This document shows, in pieces, positions 11,526 to 23,422 of a stretch of 64,000 nt of DNA (position 1 is the first letter of the stretch; each line of letters starts with the position of its first letter). The notes below the pieces were generated by a model. It was not told the DNA's origin. It searched no databases and saw only the letters and a program-made list of their open reading frames with translations. A program made the position numbers and the translations under genes. The DNA comes from Mustelus asterias. Lineage: Eukaryota. Location: contig NW_027590156.1 of assembly GCF_964213995.1 (NCBI RefSeq), forward strand, positions 682,001 through 746,000, read 5' to 3'.

Positions 11526-12728
11526 CTAGTGAATTCTTTGGTGTCTAAGCAGGTAGGATGACCGAGTGAATCTCTTCCCACTTTCAGAGCAGGTGAATGG
11601 CCTTTCCCCAGTGTGAGCTCGCTTGTGTCTCAGCAGGGTGGAGGACTGAATGAATCCCTTCCCACATTCAGAGCAGGTGAATGGCCTTTCCCCAGTGTGG
11701 GTGCGCTGGTGTAGAATGAGATCATATGATCGCCTGAACCCAGTCCCACAGTGAGAGCACCTGAACGGTCTCTCATCAGTGTGAACACGTTGATGGGACA
11801 TCAGTTCACCAGAACTTTTATAGCACTTCTCACAGTCAGAGCATTTAAAAGGTCTCTCCCCGGTGTGAACTCGCTGGTGTGTCAATAGGTGGGATGACCG
11901 AGTGAATCCCTTCCCACAGTAGGAGCAGGTGAATGGCCTCTCCCCAGTGTGAACTCGCTGGTGTTGCAGCAGGCGGGATGACCGAGTGAATCCCTTTCCA
12001 CACTCGGAGCAGGTGAATGGCCTTTCCCCAGTGTGGATGCGCTGGTGTGGAATGAGGTCATATGATCGCTTGAACCCAGCCCCGCAGTGAGAGCACCTGA
12101 ACGGTCTCTCATCAGTGTGAACACGTTGATGGGACATCAGTTCATCAGAACTTTTATAGCACTTCCCACAGTCAGAGCATTTAAAAGGTCTCTCCCCAGT
12201 GTGAACTCGCTGGTGTGTCAATAGTTGGGACGACCGAGTGAATCCCTTTCCACACTCGGAGCAGGTGAATGGTCTCTCCCCAGTGTGAACTCGCTGGTGT
12301 ACAGTGAGGTTATGTGAATGCTGGAACCCAATCCCACAGTGGGAGCACCTGAATGGTCTCTCATCAGTGTGAACACGTTGATGGGACATCAGTTCCCAAG
12401 AACTTTTGAAGCACTTCACACAGTCTGAGCATTGGAAAGGTCTCTCATCAGTGTGAACTCGCTGATGAGTAAGTAGGTGGGATGACTGAGTGAATCCCTT
12501 CCCACACTCAGAGCAGGTGAACGGCCTCTCCCCAGTGTGACTGCGCCGATGAGTTTCCAGCTGGGATGGGGAATTAAATTCCTTCCCACAGTCCACACAT
12601 TTCCACAGTTTTTCCATGGAGTGACTGCACTTACGTTTTGACAGGCCAGAGGATCGGCTGAAGCCTCGTCCACACACAGAACCCGTGTACGGATTCTCCC
12701 CACTGGGAATAGTGCTTTTTCCTTCCAT
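11526..12728 (-). CDS. C2H2 zinc-finger protein ZNF-A (400 aa; 12 intact + 2 degenerate fingers), MEGK-start subfamily
   Basis: Open frame of tandem CxxC-F-L-HxxxH with TGERPF linkers; ATG 12728; acceptor TTCACAG ending at 12836. Confidence 0.9.
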   Translation of the reverse strand: MEGKSTIPSGENPYTGSVCGRGFSRSSGLSKRKCSHSMEKLWKCVDCGKEFNSPSQLETHRRSHTGERPFTCSECGKGFTQSSHLLTHQRVHTDERPFQCSDCVKCFKSSWELMSHQRVHTDERPFRCSHCGIGFQHSHNLTVHQRVHTGERPFTCSECGKGFTRSSQLLTHQRVHTGERPFKCSDCGKCYKSSDELMSHQRVHTDERPFRCSHCGAGFKRSYDLIPHQRIHTGERPFTCSECGKGFTRSSRLLQHQRVHTGERPFTCSYCGKGFTRSSHLLTHQRVHTGERPFKCSDCEKCYKSSGELMSHQRVHTDERPFRCSHCGTGFRRSYDLILHQRTHTGERPFTCSECGKGFIQSSTLLRHKRAHTGERPFTCSESGKRFTRSSYLLRHQRIH

Positions 12729-13149
12729 GTTCAAAATCCACTGATATTCAGTTATGATAAATTAGACGACTCTGGCAGTTCCTGATATGATATTTACTTT
12801 CAGTTTCCTGACTGCAAATCGTCCCCTTCTAGTCCCTGTGAAGCTGATTCAAAACAGAAAAAAGGGGATTGAGAGAAAACCCATAGAGACAGGTGATGAA
12901 TAGAGTCCAGACTGAAGCAACAATAAAAATAAAACACGCAGGAGGCCAGGAACTGAGGATCATCGAGATATTCAGCAGACTAGGCAGCCTGTGAGAGTTA
13001 CAAACATTATTGAGGGCTCAGGTTGCTGACTTGCCCTCAGTCTATAATGAAACATCTAGAGTCAGGCACTGACTAATGGCGGTCACATTTCCCACAATGC
13101 TCTGCACCCCAGAAACCCCTCTATTCAAAGGTTGCTCACCGCAATTCAC

Positions 13150-13925
13150 TAATCATCGAATTCTTAGTGCAGAAAGAGGCCATTTTACCCATCGAGTCTC
13201 TACTGACTCAGAGCATCTTTCCCAGGCTCACCCACTATCCCAGTAACCCCACGCACTGACTCTGCTAATCCCCATCCTGACCTTTTTCTTCACCCTGCCT
13301 GCAACCACAACAATATATTCTGTACCCGACTCTTTTCCTTCTCCCCTCTGTACTTTACCAAGTTATGATTTTTTTTTCTGTATAACACGCAAGAAATAAT
13401 TTTCACTGTATCCCAGAACACGCAACAATAATAAATCAAATTAGACCCTACACATCTTGGGACATTAAGGGACAAATTTAACATGGTCAATTCACCTAAC
13501 CTGCACATCTTTGGGCAGTGAGAGGAAACCAGAGCACCCAGAGGAAATGCACACAGACTGGGGGAGATTGTGCAAACTCCACACCTGAGGTGAAGATGTT
13601 GGACTGGGGTGGGCACAGTAAGAAGTCTCACAACACCAGGTTATTTGGAACCACGAGCTTTTGGAGAACTGATGAAGGAGCAGCTTTGACAAACGGTCAT
13701 CTGGACTCAAAATGTCAGTTCTTTTCTCTCCTCACAGATGCTGCCAGACCTGCTGAGATTTTCCAGCATTTTCTCTTTTGGTTTCAGATTCCAGAATCCG
13801 CAGTAATTTGCATTGATTCCAAATGACTTATTGGACTTTAACCTGATATTGTGAGACTTCTTACTGTGCAAACTCCACACAGACAGTCACACACCCACGG
13901 CTGGAGTCGAACCCTGGCGCTGTGA
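13150..13925 (-). mobile_element. Fragmented HE1-like SINE with nested LINE tail and PLE pLTR pieces
   Basis: SINE blocks at about 13150-13280, 13445-13587 and 13866-13925; PLE-type pieces between 13590 and 13866. Confidence 0.6.
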
Positions 13926-14772
13926 GGCAGCATTGTGAATCACTGTGCCACAGTGAAGGGAGTTTGCCGCAAATTTCGGGTGATAACAATGGGCTGGATG
14001 TTGCTCAGAATGTGGAGCACTGCAGCAAAGTACAGAGAGACAGAGCAGCAAACTGGACTGAGAAATGGAGTCTGCAGACTGGAACTGGCAGCATGAGGAG
14101 AGGTTATTTAGTCTAACACTCACAGCAATCTACAACCCACCCCCATTACCGAGACAGTGAGACAGAGATTACAAACACTCACCAACACAGCTCCACTGAA
14201 ACGTCCCAAGAAAAAGGGGGAATCTGTGGCTGTTCCTGTCCTGATATAGCCCCAGGACTGTCACTCAAACCCCCAACCCGGCCCAGTTCACAACTCAGCC
14301 TCTCAGCTTGCAGCTTCCTGCACCTCGAGCCAACCCTGTCCAGGTGTGGGAGGGATGTGGAACCACAGAGTGTGGGGAGGGGTGACCTCCTGCTGTGCCC
14401 AAATAGTTTCTCCTTCCCCTCTCCCATGGCACTCTAAGCTCTCAATGTGGACGGGTTGCTGGACTTTGCAGAGCCTCACTGAGCAGCGCTTGTCCCTTAT
14501 CCTGGGTCACTCCCTCCCCCTGGGTTCAGTGTGTTCAGTTCGCTGCTTCTTTCCCTGCTGAACCTTCAGTTAATCAAAAACAGGAAGTGCTGGAAAACCT
14601 CAGCAGGTCTGGCAGCATCTATGATCATCCAGACTGGAAGCATTAACTCTATTCTCTCTCCACAGATGCTGAGATTTCCAGCATTTTCTGTTTCTGTTTC
14701 AGATTCCAGCACCCGCAGTATTTTCAGCTCTCTGCGTCCAGGGCAGGAAGCAGTGAGCATGGATCTGTCAAT

Positions 14773-15288
14773 CACACATGAGGACGGCCTCAACCGGGAT
14801 CTTGGGTTCATGTCACACTGTCTGTAACCCCCCCCACGACTTGCCGAGGGTTGCAAAATCTCACTAACTGTCCTTCACCTGACGAAGGGGCAGCGCTCCG
14901 AAAGCTAGTGGCGTTTGCTACCAAATAAACCTGTTGGACTTTAACCTGGTGTTGTTAAACTTCTTACTGTGTTTACCCCAGTCCAACGCCGGCATCTCCA
15001 CATGCAGACAATACACACCTCTTTAATCTGCACTTAATCCTCTCTCCACTCACATTGCCTGGGCCTTTAAGACTTGATTACCTATAAAGACTCACATTCC
15101 AACCATTATCTTGTAAATTGAGTTTGTGTCTCTGTGCCCTGTTTTTGAACACGACTCCCACTCACCTGATGAAGGGGCAGCGCTCCAAAAGCTTGTGGCT
15201 TGTGCTACCAAATAAACCTGTTGGACTTTAACCTGGCGTTGTGAGACTTCTTACTGTGCTTACCCAAGTCCAACGTCGGCATCTCCAC
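14773..15288 (+). mobile_element. Penelope-like element 3' fragment with tandem pLTRs
   Basis: Matches the end of the PLE at 61004-61394 (HEDGLN.DLGF); the pLTR/tail ...AACGCCGGCATCTCCACA occurs twice. Confidence 0.85.
14876..14910 (+). ncRNA. Minimal type I hammerhead ribozyme (PLE)
   Basis: CAC CTGACGA A GGGGC-AGC-GCTCC GAAA GC TA GTG. Confidence 0.75.
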
Positions 15289-15714
15289 ACTCTGAGTGGA
15301 AACAGAGAGAAGTAGGAGAGGCCAGAGGTGAGGAGAGAGATTTTATACATCTACAACTCAACAGGAACTTTGACAGAATTTCCAAACCCTGTGAACACAT
15401 CAGCTCCAAGTTCCTCTCCAACTCACACACCATCCTGACTTGTCTGACATCCAGTACTGAAACAACAGAAATTTATTTCATTTAAATACTGGGAAGACTG
15501 AACCCATTGTGTTCAGTCCCCACTACAAACTCCACTCCCTCACCAACAACTTTATCTCTCCTCCAGGCAACTGTCTGAGGCTGAACCAGGCGATTCACAA
15601 CCAGGGTGAAATAGTTCATCCCAAGATGAGCTTCCAGCCACATGTCCACATCATCATCAAGACCACCTTCATTCATAGAAGCATTAATAGTGATTAATTA
15701 ATAATGATGAATAA

Positions 15715-16012
15715 TAAAATACAGTGTAGAAGGAGGCCATTCAACCCATCGAGCCTGCATTGACAACAATCCCATCCAGGCCCTATCCACATATTTACCT
15801 GTTAATCCCCCTGATACCAAGCGGCAATTTATCATGGCCAATCCGTCTAACCGGCACATCTTTGGACTGTGGAAGGAAACCGGAACACCCGGAGGAAACC
15901 CACACAGACACGGGGAGAATGTAGAAACTCTGCACAGACAGCGACCCGAGGCTGGAATTGAACCCGGGTCCCTGGCGCTGTTAGGCAGCTGCACTAACCA
16001 CTGTGCCACCGG
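15715..16012 (-). mobile_element. HE1-like SINE inside an L2-like fragment
   Basis: SINE head and core on the minus strand; flanks resemble L2 ORF2 (GKTEPIVFSP...LRLNQ). Confidence 0.8.
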
Positions 16013-16063
16013 GCCACATGTCAGTGCCATCGCCCGACTCCAGCCCAGTCTCAGCTCATCTGG

Positions 16064-16290
16064 AACCCTCACCCATTCCATTGTGACATCACACCCTCAT
16101 CCATTCCATTGTGACGTCACACTCTCACCCATTCCATTGTGACGTCACACCCTCACCCATTCCATTGTGACGTCACACCCTCACCCGTTCCATTGTGATG
16201 TCACACCCTCACCCATTCCAGTGTGACATCACACCCTCACCCATTCCATTGTGACGTCACACTCTCACCCATTCCACTGTGACGTCAGGG
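16064..16290. repeat. 28-bp minisatellite, 8 units, CRE-containing
   Basis: Unit CCATTCCATTGTGACGTCACACYCTCAC; 5 units carry a perfect TGACGTCA. Confidence 0.95.
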
Positions 16291-16529
16291 CTTCACTCTC
16301 CAATCACAATCCCTGCCGGCCTCCCACATGCAGCCTCAATGGCGGCAGTCAGCCCGGGTCTAACACTACAAGCTGCCGCTCCATTTGGTACAAAGGGGGG
16401 GACCGGGAAGTTCATTTCCAGGTTTGAACAACATGTTTACAAAGCCTCTCCACCCACCCGCCACATTTATCATTCCCCGCACGCCGCCCTCTACCTCGTA
16501 TTAATCTCGCTTCCAAACTAAAACCGGCC

Positions 16530-16800
16530 GTCTGTCCGTCGCCATTATCCGCACTGCGCATGCTTCAGGTTCCGCCCCTCATTCACTCCGATTGGTTGGA
16601 GGACCAGCCGCATCCGCTCCGACCTCCAGCCCCGCCCCCCATTCTCTCCGATTGGTTGGATGACCAGCCGCTCCGGCTCGGTCCTCCAACCCCGCCCCCT
16701 CCTCCTATTGGTCCGGAGCTGCCGTCAATCAGTCCCCGGGCATTGTGATGTGGAGCATGCGCAGTGTCATTGTTGTCCTTGGCGCTTGTTTGTCCCGGAG
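16530..16800. promoter_or_regulatory. CpG-rich, probably bidirectional ZNF promoter
   Basis: Repeated ATTGG (CCAAT) and CCGCCC boxes, TGCGCATG/CATGCGCA NRF1-like sites at both ends, YY1-like GCCATT; lies between divergent ZNF-A and ZNF-B. Confidence 0.7.
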
Positions 16801-17186
16801 AAGCGGAGTCAGCGTTAGGCGGTGGCTGGGAGGATTTGGAAACACTTTGTGGATCCGCAAACCCTTCAGAATCATTGTCAGCTCCCTGGTTTGCAGCTGC
16901 GGGGCTTCTCCCTCCCTCCCTCCCGGGAACAGGCCCAGGTTAACGGCCCCATCCTGGCTCAGCCACTGGAGGATGGTTCACATCAGAGGATGGGGGAGGG
17001 GGACAATAAATAAGAGGTTACACTTTGGCCTCAAATCAATGAGGACTCTGATCTCTGGGAAGGAAGGAAACCCTGGGAGGTGGGCGGGGAGGATTCACAA
17101 ACACCCGCTGGAGGCCCCAACACCCCCAATAAGACCCATTGGTTTTATTGTCAGTCTGCAGACAGGAGCTGGAGAACTGAACCCAG

Positions 17187-17385
17187 TAAGAAGTCTTACA
17201 ACACCAGGTTAAAGTCCAACAGGTTTATTTGGTCGCAAAAGCCACAAACTTTCGGAGCCTTAAGCTCCTTCAGGTGAGTGGGAATTCTGTTCACAAACAG
17301 GGTATATAAAGACACAAACTCAATTTACAGAATAATGGTTGGAATCCGAATACTTACAGCTCATCAAGTCTTAAAACCACATCAT
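17187..17385. mobile_element. PLE pLTR-derived mini-insertion with 13-bp TSD
   Basis: GAACTGAACCCAG at 17174-17186 and 17386-17398. Confidence 0.85.
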
Positions 17386-17968
17386 GAACTGAACCCAGAC
17401 AGAGGAGAGGGAGGGAGAAAACTGGGAGTGGAGGAAAGAAATGGTGGAGATGGGTTTGGATTTCAGCCCAGGGGGGAGGGAGAGAGTGTGGGACGGGGAT
17501 TTACAAATTTGGGGGAACAAGAGAGGAAAAAAGTTCCAGAGAAACTGGAATTGTTCAGAATTTCTATCCTGTTCTGAGTGTGATGACTGTTCTAAACGTT
17601 TTTTACAGGATATTCGAAGTGAAGGAACGGCAGACAGAAAACTCAAACCGGACATCACATCTGACAAAGTCATTCAGTTCCTTAGGAGCTGAATATCATC
17701 GGTCTTTGAATGTGGAAGGAGAAATATTTGTCTGTTCTGCCTGTGAGCAAAGAAATTTAACATCAGTGTGACCGGAAAAGCATCGGGACAAACACACACC
17801 CGAGTGAGAGTGTTCCAGTGAACTGACTGTGGAAAGATCTTTAACCAGTTACACAGCCTGAAAAAACATCACACTTTTCACAGCAGGGTGAAATGATATG
17901 CATGTTGTGTGTGTGGACCAGGCTTTAACTGATCATCCAACCTGGAGAAGCACAAGGACACCAACACC

Positions 17969-19117
17969 ATGGAGAAACCGTGGGAATGTGTGGATTGTGG
18001 GAAGGGATTCGGTTTCCCATCACAATTGGAAGTTCATCGGCGCTGTCACACTGGGGAGAGACCGTTCACCTGCTCCGTCTGTGGGAAGGGATTCACCCAT
18101 TCATACAATCTTCTGACTCACCAACGGGTTCACACTGGGGAGAGGCCGTTCACCTGCCCTGTGTGTGGGAAGGGATTCACTCGCTCATCCCACATTGTGA
18201 CACACCAACTTGTTCACACTGATGAGAGACTGTTTACATGTTCTGACTGTGGGAAGAGTTTTAAATGCAAAAAAGATCTGCTGACACACCAACGAATTCA
18301 CACTGGGGAGAGACCGTTCACCTGCTCTGTGTGTGGGAAAGGATTCATTCAGTCATCCCACTTGCAGACACATCAACTTGTTCACTCTGATGACAAACTT
18401 TTTAATTGTTCTGACTGTGCGAAGAGCTTTAAAAACAAAAAGGATCTGCTGACGCACCAATATACTCACACTGGGGAGAGGCCATTCACCTGCTGTGTGT
18501 GTGGGAAGGGATTCAGCAGCCCATCTGCCCTACTGAACCACCAGAGAATTCACACTGGGGAGAGGTCCTTCACCTGCTCAGACTGTGGGAAGGGATTTAT
18601 TAATTCATCCAATCTTCTGATACACCAGCAACTCCATACAGGGGATCGACCGTTCACCTGCTCTGAATGTGGGAAGGGATTCACCCGCTCATACAACCTC
18701 CTGACACACCAGCAGGTTCACAGTGAGGAGAGGCCATTCACTTGCTCCGTTTGTGGGAAGGGATTCACTCGTTCATCCAACTTATTGAATCACCAGCGAG
18801 TTCACACTGGGGAGAGGCCGTTCACCTGCTCCACGTGTGGGAAGGGATTCAGTCAGTCATCCAACCTGCTGACACATCAGAGAGTTCACAGTGGGGAGAG
18901 GCCATTTGCCTGCTTGGTATGTGGGAAGGGATTTTCTCATTTATCTTATCTTCTGAAACACCAGCGAGTTCACACTGGGGAGAGGCCGTTCACCTGTAAT
19001 GTCTGTGGAAAGGGATTTATTCAGTCATCCCACCTGCTAACACACCAGCAAGTTCACAAACGACTGCAAGGTTTGGATTCTACACTTATTGATGCTGTTA
19101 ATCATATCCAGGTCTGA
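17969..19117 (+). CDS. C2H2 zinc-finger protein ZNF-B (382 aa, 13 fingers), MEKPW-start
   Basis: Intact ORF with ACCATGG start; acceptor TTTTACAG at about 17609. Confidence 0.92.
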   Translation: MEKPWECVDCGKGFGFPSQLEVHRRCHTGERPFTCSVCGKGFTHSYNLLTHQRVHTGERPFTCPVCGKGFTRSSHIVTHQLVHTDERLFTCSDCGKSFKCKKDLLTHQRIHTGERPFTCSVCGKGFIQSSHLQTHQLVHSDDKLFNCSDCAKSFKNKKDLLTHQYTHTGERPFTCCVCGKGFSSPSALLNHQRIHTGERSFTCSDCGKGFINSSNLLIHQQLHTGDRPFTCSECGKGFTRSYNLLTHQQVHSEERPFTCSVCGKGFTRSSNLLNHQRVHTGERPFTCSTCGKGFSQSSNLLTHQRVHSGERPFACLVCGKGFSHLSYLLKHQRVHTGERPFTCNVCGKGFIQSSHLLTHQQVHKRLQGLDSTLIDAVNHIQV

Positions 19118-21000
19118 ATCATGTTCTTTCTGACTTTTTTCTTCTGTTGAGGTTCGATATTCTGAATAAATGTGAAATAGACATTTGATTGAATCATTGT
19201 TGTAGATTTTTGTCTTTTCCATTTGAGTGTTTAACGTCACCAGGCTGGAGCTCAGAAAGGGCAATCTGAGGGAGGATCACACAGTAGGAACAGAACTTCA
19301 TTCTTGACACAGTCCTTCAGGGTCTCGCTGAGAGGGACAAACAGCACTTTGGTCTTTTTCGTCACTTTTCACTGACAGCAAAGTCCCCGTGTGGGTGAAT
19401 CCTGAGGTGTGTGAGAAATGTGTCCCAGTCGTTCTTTTCCATGGTTCAGAGCTCCGAGACACGGAACAGAAGCTCCTTTACAACTGTGTTTAGAGTCAGG
19501 AAGAACAATGGTGAATGCTGGAAACGTGCTGTCAAAGATTGGTGTAAAACTGGGATCTATTCCTGACTGAGAGTGAAACGGCAGGTTTAGGTTTCCAGAC
19601 TTAGAATGAAAAAAAGTCTGAAACATTTTAATGTGTGTGTGTGTCAGTCCTGGTTTATTGACCAGAAACTGGCTTAAAATAAATTGGTTGAAGTCTGCAT
19701 TAAAGGAGGAGCTGGAGGCATTCAAAGGAGCCTGTTAACTGCTGGGACAATGAGACAACAATTTGATTCCCAGATAGAGAAGGAGCTGCAGTGTGTGTCC
19801 AAGAATTCTCAGTTTTGTTGATGTGTGCTTCCCATACACTATCCTTTTAAATAAACCTCACTCCTATCAGCCTTTAACCATTATAAACAGAACAGAGAGA
19901 AGCTGAGCAGCATCAGAGCCCTGACTGATCATTTAAGAATGAGTGATGTGTTCAGCTGAAGTTTCCTGTTGGTAGTTTTCTGGGTGATCTCCCTATTTTG
20001 ATCATTCTCAGTGACCCCTGGGTGTGAACCTGCTCTCCTCTCTTTCAGACATTCACTCACTCACATCTCCTCTCTCTCAGAAACTCAATCGCGTAACATC
20101 TCTCATCTCTCTAACACTCACTGAACGTCTCTCTCTCTCTCCAGGCATTCACTCACACCTTACCTTCCACCTCTCTTACACTCTAACCTCGCTCCTCTCT
20201 CATTTTCACTTTACCTCTCTCCTCTCAGAAACTGTCTTCGTCACTTAATGTCTCTCTATCTTTCTTTCAAACACTCACTCATTTAACCTTCCTATTTCAG
20301 ATAATGCTTAAACTTATTCATTGTTTTCTCTCTCTCATTATCTCTCTCTGAAAAAGCACAAACACACTTCATCCCTCTTCGCTGTCTGAGAAAACATCTA
20401 ATTGATGGAGATTCAATCCTCTCTGTTTCTCTCTCCCACTTCCTCTGACAGGCCCTGACTCACTTTAAATCTCCTCTTTTCTAATAACCCTCTTTGGGAA
20501 AACTCATTTGTTCTCTAATTCCTCCTCATTTCTCCCAGTGATGACCCTCAGTCCATCTCCCAATTCAGTGAATGTGTTAAAAATCCAAATGATCTCCTTT
20601 CTTTATTGTTTAAAATGGGAATGGAGATGAATGTAATGCTGAGACTGGTAGCAATCTGTGTGGTTGTTCTTGATGCTGTCAGAGTGAGTTCACCCTCACA
20701 GGCAGGAAGACTGTTCACGGTGATAACATCAAACTGACGCCGGCTGTTTCATTCTCAGGTATCACAACTTTCTGTCTCTCTGCTGCCGGTTCCAAACCTC
20801 ACATCTCACTTCTGAGCAGAAAATAAATCCAGGGACCACAATCTGGTGAGAACATCTGTCAATGCGGCCTGTATCTGTCCACAGAGTCAGGGCAGAGTCA
20901 CACAGGTCACATTGTGGTGACATTTACAAATGAGCCTGTTATTTCTGTTCAGAGTTTCCATTCGCAGATATAACCAGCTGTGTCTGTGGATCAGTTACTG

Positions 21001-21340
21001 AATCATAGAAACACTACAGTGCAGAAAGAGGCCATTCGGCCCATCGAGTCTGCACCGACCACAATCCCACCCAGGCCCTACCCCCATATCCCTACATATA
21101 TTTACCCGCTAATCCCTCTAACCTACACATCTCAGAAAACTAAGGGGCAAATTTAGCATGGCCAATCAGCCTAACCCACACATCTTTGGACTGTGGGAGG
21201 AAACCGGAGCACCCGGAGGAAACACACGCAGACATGAGGAGAATGTGCAAACTCCACACAGACAGTGGCCCAAGCCGGGAATCGAACCCAGGTCCCTGGA
21301 GCTGTGAAGCAGCAGTGCTAACCACTGTGCTACCGTGCCA
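21001..21340 (-). mobile_element. HE1 SINE
   Basis: Near-consensus copy from head to tail. Confidence 0.9.
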
Positions 21341-21904
21341 CCCACTGGACAGTTCACTCATCTTTGTGACATTCTGAATGTTTCTCTCCTAAAGTTTTAA
21401 TATTTGAACTTTTCGGTCATAATGTGTCTCAAACAGAAGATTAAAATATTGTGTTTGATGAGCTGTCAGATCTCTTTCCTGTGTGTCTGTGTAACTTGCG
21501 AACTGGAGATAACCATGAGGAGGAACTGATTATTTTCAGTTCCTCTAACAGACACACCTCAGATATCAGAAATCTCAGGAGTTTCCCATGTCCTCATTAT
21601 TCTCGCCTCGAGTATAACAGCTCTCAGTCAGGCCGAGTCAGTCGCATGTGTCTCTGTCATGATGTTTCCACTTGTATTTTATCACTCACCTCCCAGTGAC
21701 ACTCACCATAACACAGACACCTTAAAATATCATTGTTCCCTTACACTTTGTCCTCCTATTATAATCAAATGTTTGTTGGGCCTCTTGTCTCCCTTAATGT
21801 CAGATTACCTGCAGTTAAAATGACCTCAGAGACACTGAAACCGACCTTTGTGATGATTATACCAGACTCCAATCAGCCCCAGGAGCTGCAGTTGTAAAAT
21901 ACAG

Positions 21905-22118
21905 TAAGAGTTTTAACAACACCAGGTTAAAGTCCAACAGGTTTATTTGGTAGCAAATACCATTATCTTTCGGAGCGCTGACGAAGGAGCAGCGCTCCGA
22001 AAGCTAATGGTATTTGCTACCAAATAAACCTGTTGGACTTTAACCTGGTGTTGTTAAAACTCTTATTGTGTTCACCCCAGTCCAACGCCGGCATCTCCAC
22101 ATCATGACAACCATCGAC
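21905..22118 (+). mobile_element. Fold-back PLE mini-element with 14-bp TSD
   Basis: Inverted pLTR arms around a hammerhead core; GTTGTAAAATACAG at 21891-21904 and 22119-22132. Confidence 0.9.
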
Positions 22119-22364
22119 GTTGTAAAATACAGCAGAATTGGAATAACAGACAGGTTATTGTCTGATAATGACAGTGGCAGAGTAACACACACCAGAATCT
22201 AAATACATTATATCAATAGACCATGACTCACTCACACTATCAAATGAAACCTAAACTTTGGTTATGGTGCACTAGATACTGACTGTATTATCATTCCATT
22301 GGATCTAATGCTGTGTTCGCTAACATACTGCAACGTGACTTATTATTTGAACAAACATTGTATT

Positions 22365-22808
22365 TGTTACACTCAGAGTAAGTCAGTGCTTTGCTATGTT
22401 GTCTCTGTGCTCCATCCCCACTCTGATTGTATTGGAGCCTGTGTGTGTCACTGTTACACTCAGAGTAAGTCAGTGCTTTGCTGTGTTGTCTCTGTGCTCC
22501 ATCCCCACTCTGATTGTATTGGAGCCTGTGTGTGTCACTGTTACACTCAGAGTAAGTCAGTGCTTTGCTGTGTTGTCTCTGTGCTCCATCCCCACTCTGA
22601 TTGTATTGGAGTCTGTGTGTGTCATTGTTACACTCAGAGTAAGTCAGTGCTTTGCTGTGTTGTCTCTGTGCTCCATCCCCACTCTGATTGTATTGGAGCC
22701 TGTGTGTGTCATTGTTACACTCAGAGTAAGTCAGTGCTTTGCTGTGTTGTCTCTGTGCTCCATCCCCACTCTGATTGTATTGGAGCCTGTGTGTGTCATT
22801 GTTACACT
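22365..22808. repeat. 87-bp tandem repeat, about 5 units
   Basis: Near-identical units beginning TGTTACACTCAGAGTAAGTCAGTGC. Confidence 0.95.
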
Positions 22809-22849
22809 GAGACTCTCTCACTTGTTATTGGACAAGCAGCAAGTCACCG

Positions 22850-23250
22850 TCACAATGCCCGGCTAATTGACGGCAGCGCAGACCAATGGGCAGTACTGGA
22901 GGACCGATGTGGAGCGGCCGGTCCTCCAACCAATAGGAGCGAATGAGGGGCTGGGTCAGCTTTCACTGGCGCATGCGCAGTGAGAGTAATGGCGATGGAC
23001 AGCGGCTTTTGTTTTGAGCTCGGAAATCTGTTCGAGGTGATTGGCGGTACGGAGAGAGCAATGGATCGTCCAGGTGGGTGGAAACGCTGCGTAACCATGT
23101 TGTGTAGGCCGCAAACCGCGAAAGAGAGCTTCCCGGACCCAGTTTGTACCGAGCAGGGCTGCAGCTCCTAATGTTTGTCCTGGGTTAACGTTCGCCATCT
23201 TTATTGGGGGCAATATGCAGCAGTGCGCACGTGCGGCCGCCATGTTTGTA
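22850..23250 (+). promoter_or_regulatory. CpG-rich promoter/first exon for ZNF-C
   Basis: Two CCAAT boxes, GCGCATGCGC, AATGGCG; possible donor GAG/GTGATT at about 23036. Confidence 0.65.
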
Positions 23251-23422
23251 GAGGGCAATATTGTCAATCAGTGGGAGAGCTTGTTCCCCAGTGTTCAGAA
23301 TGGGGACAACTTGTCCATTTTTTTTGTTTCTATTCCAATTCAATCAAATTAAGTCCAATTCAGAGTCTCAACAAGTTGAGACATTCCCGATCCAAGCTGA
23401 CAAGACAGGGCTCTCACCTGTC

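Larger units (their letters stand above)
15230..17130 (+). repeat. About 1.9-kb segment duplicated directly at about 43500-45248
   Basis: Collinear, highly similar PLE tail, L2 fragment, SINE, minisatellite and promoter. Confidence 0.92.

Noticed and set aside
16495-16545. ATGGCG-initiated first coding exon for ZNF-A
   Set aside because: In-frame TAA after 14 codons; the motif is better explained as a YY1 site or uORF
21905-22118. DNA-transposon MITE
   Set aside because: The arms match the PLE pLTR, centres vary between copies, and TSD length varies
22291-22946. Repetitive ORFs, or a CRISPR-like array
   Set aside because: An 87-bp unit open in several frames with no unique spacers, in eukaryotic context
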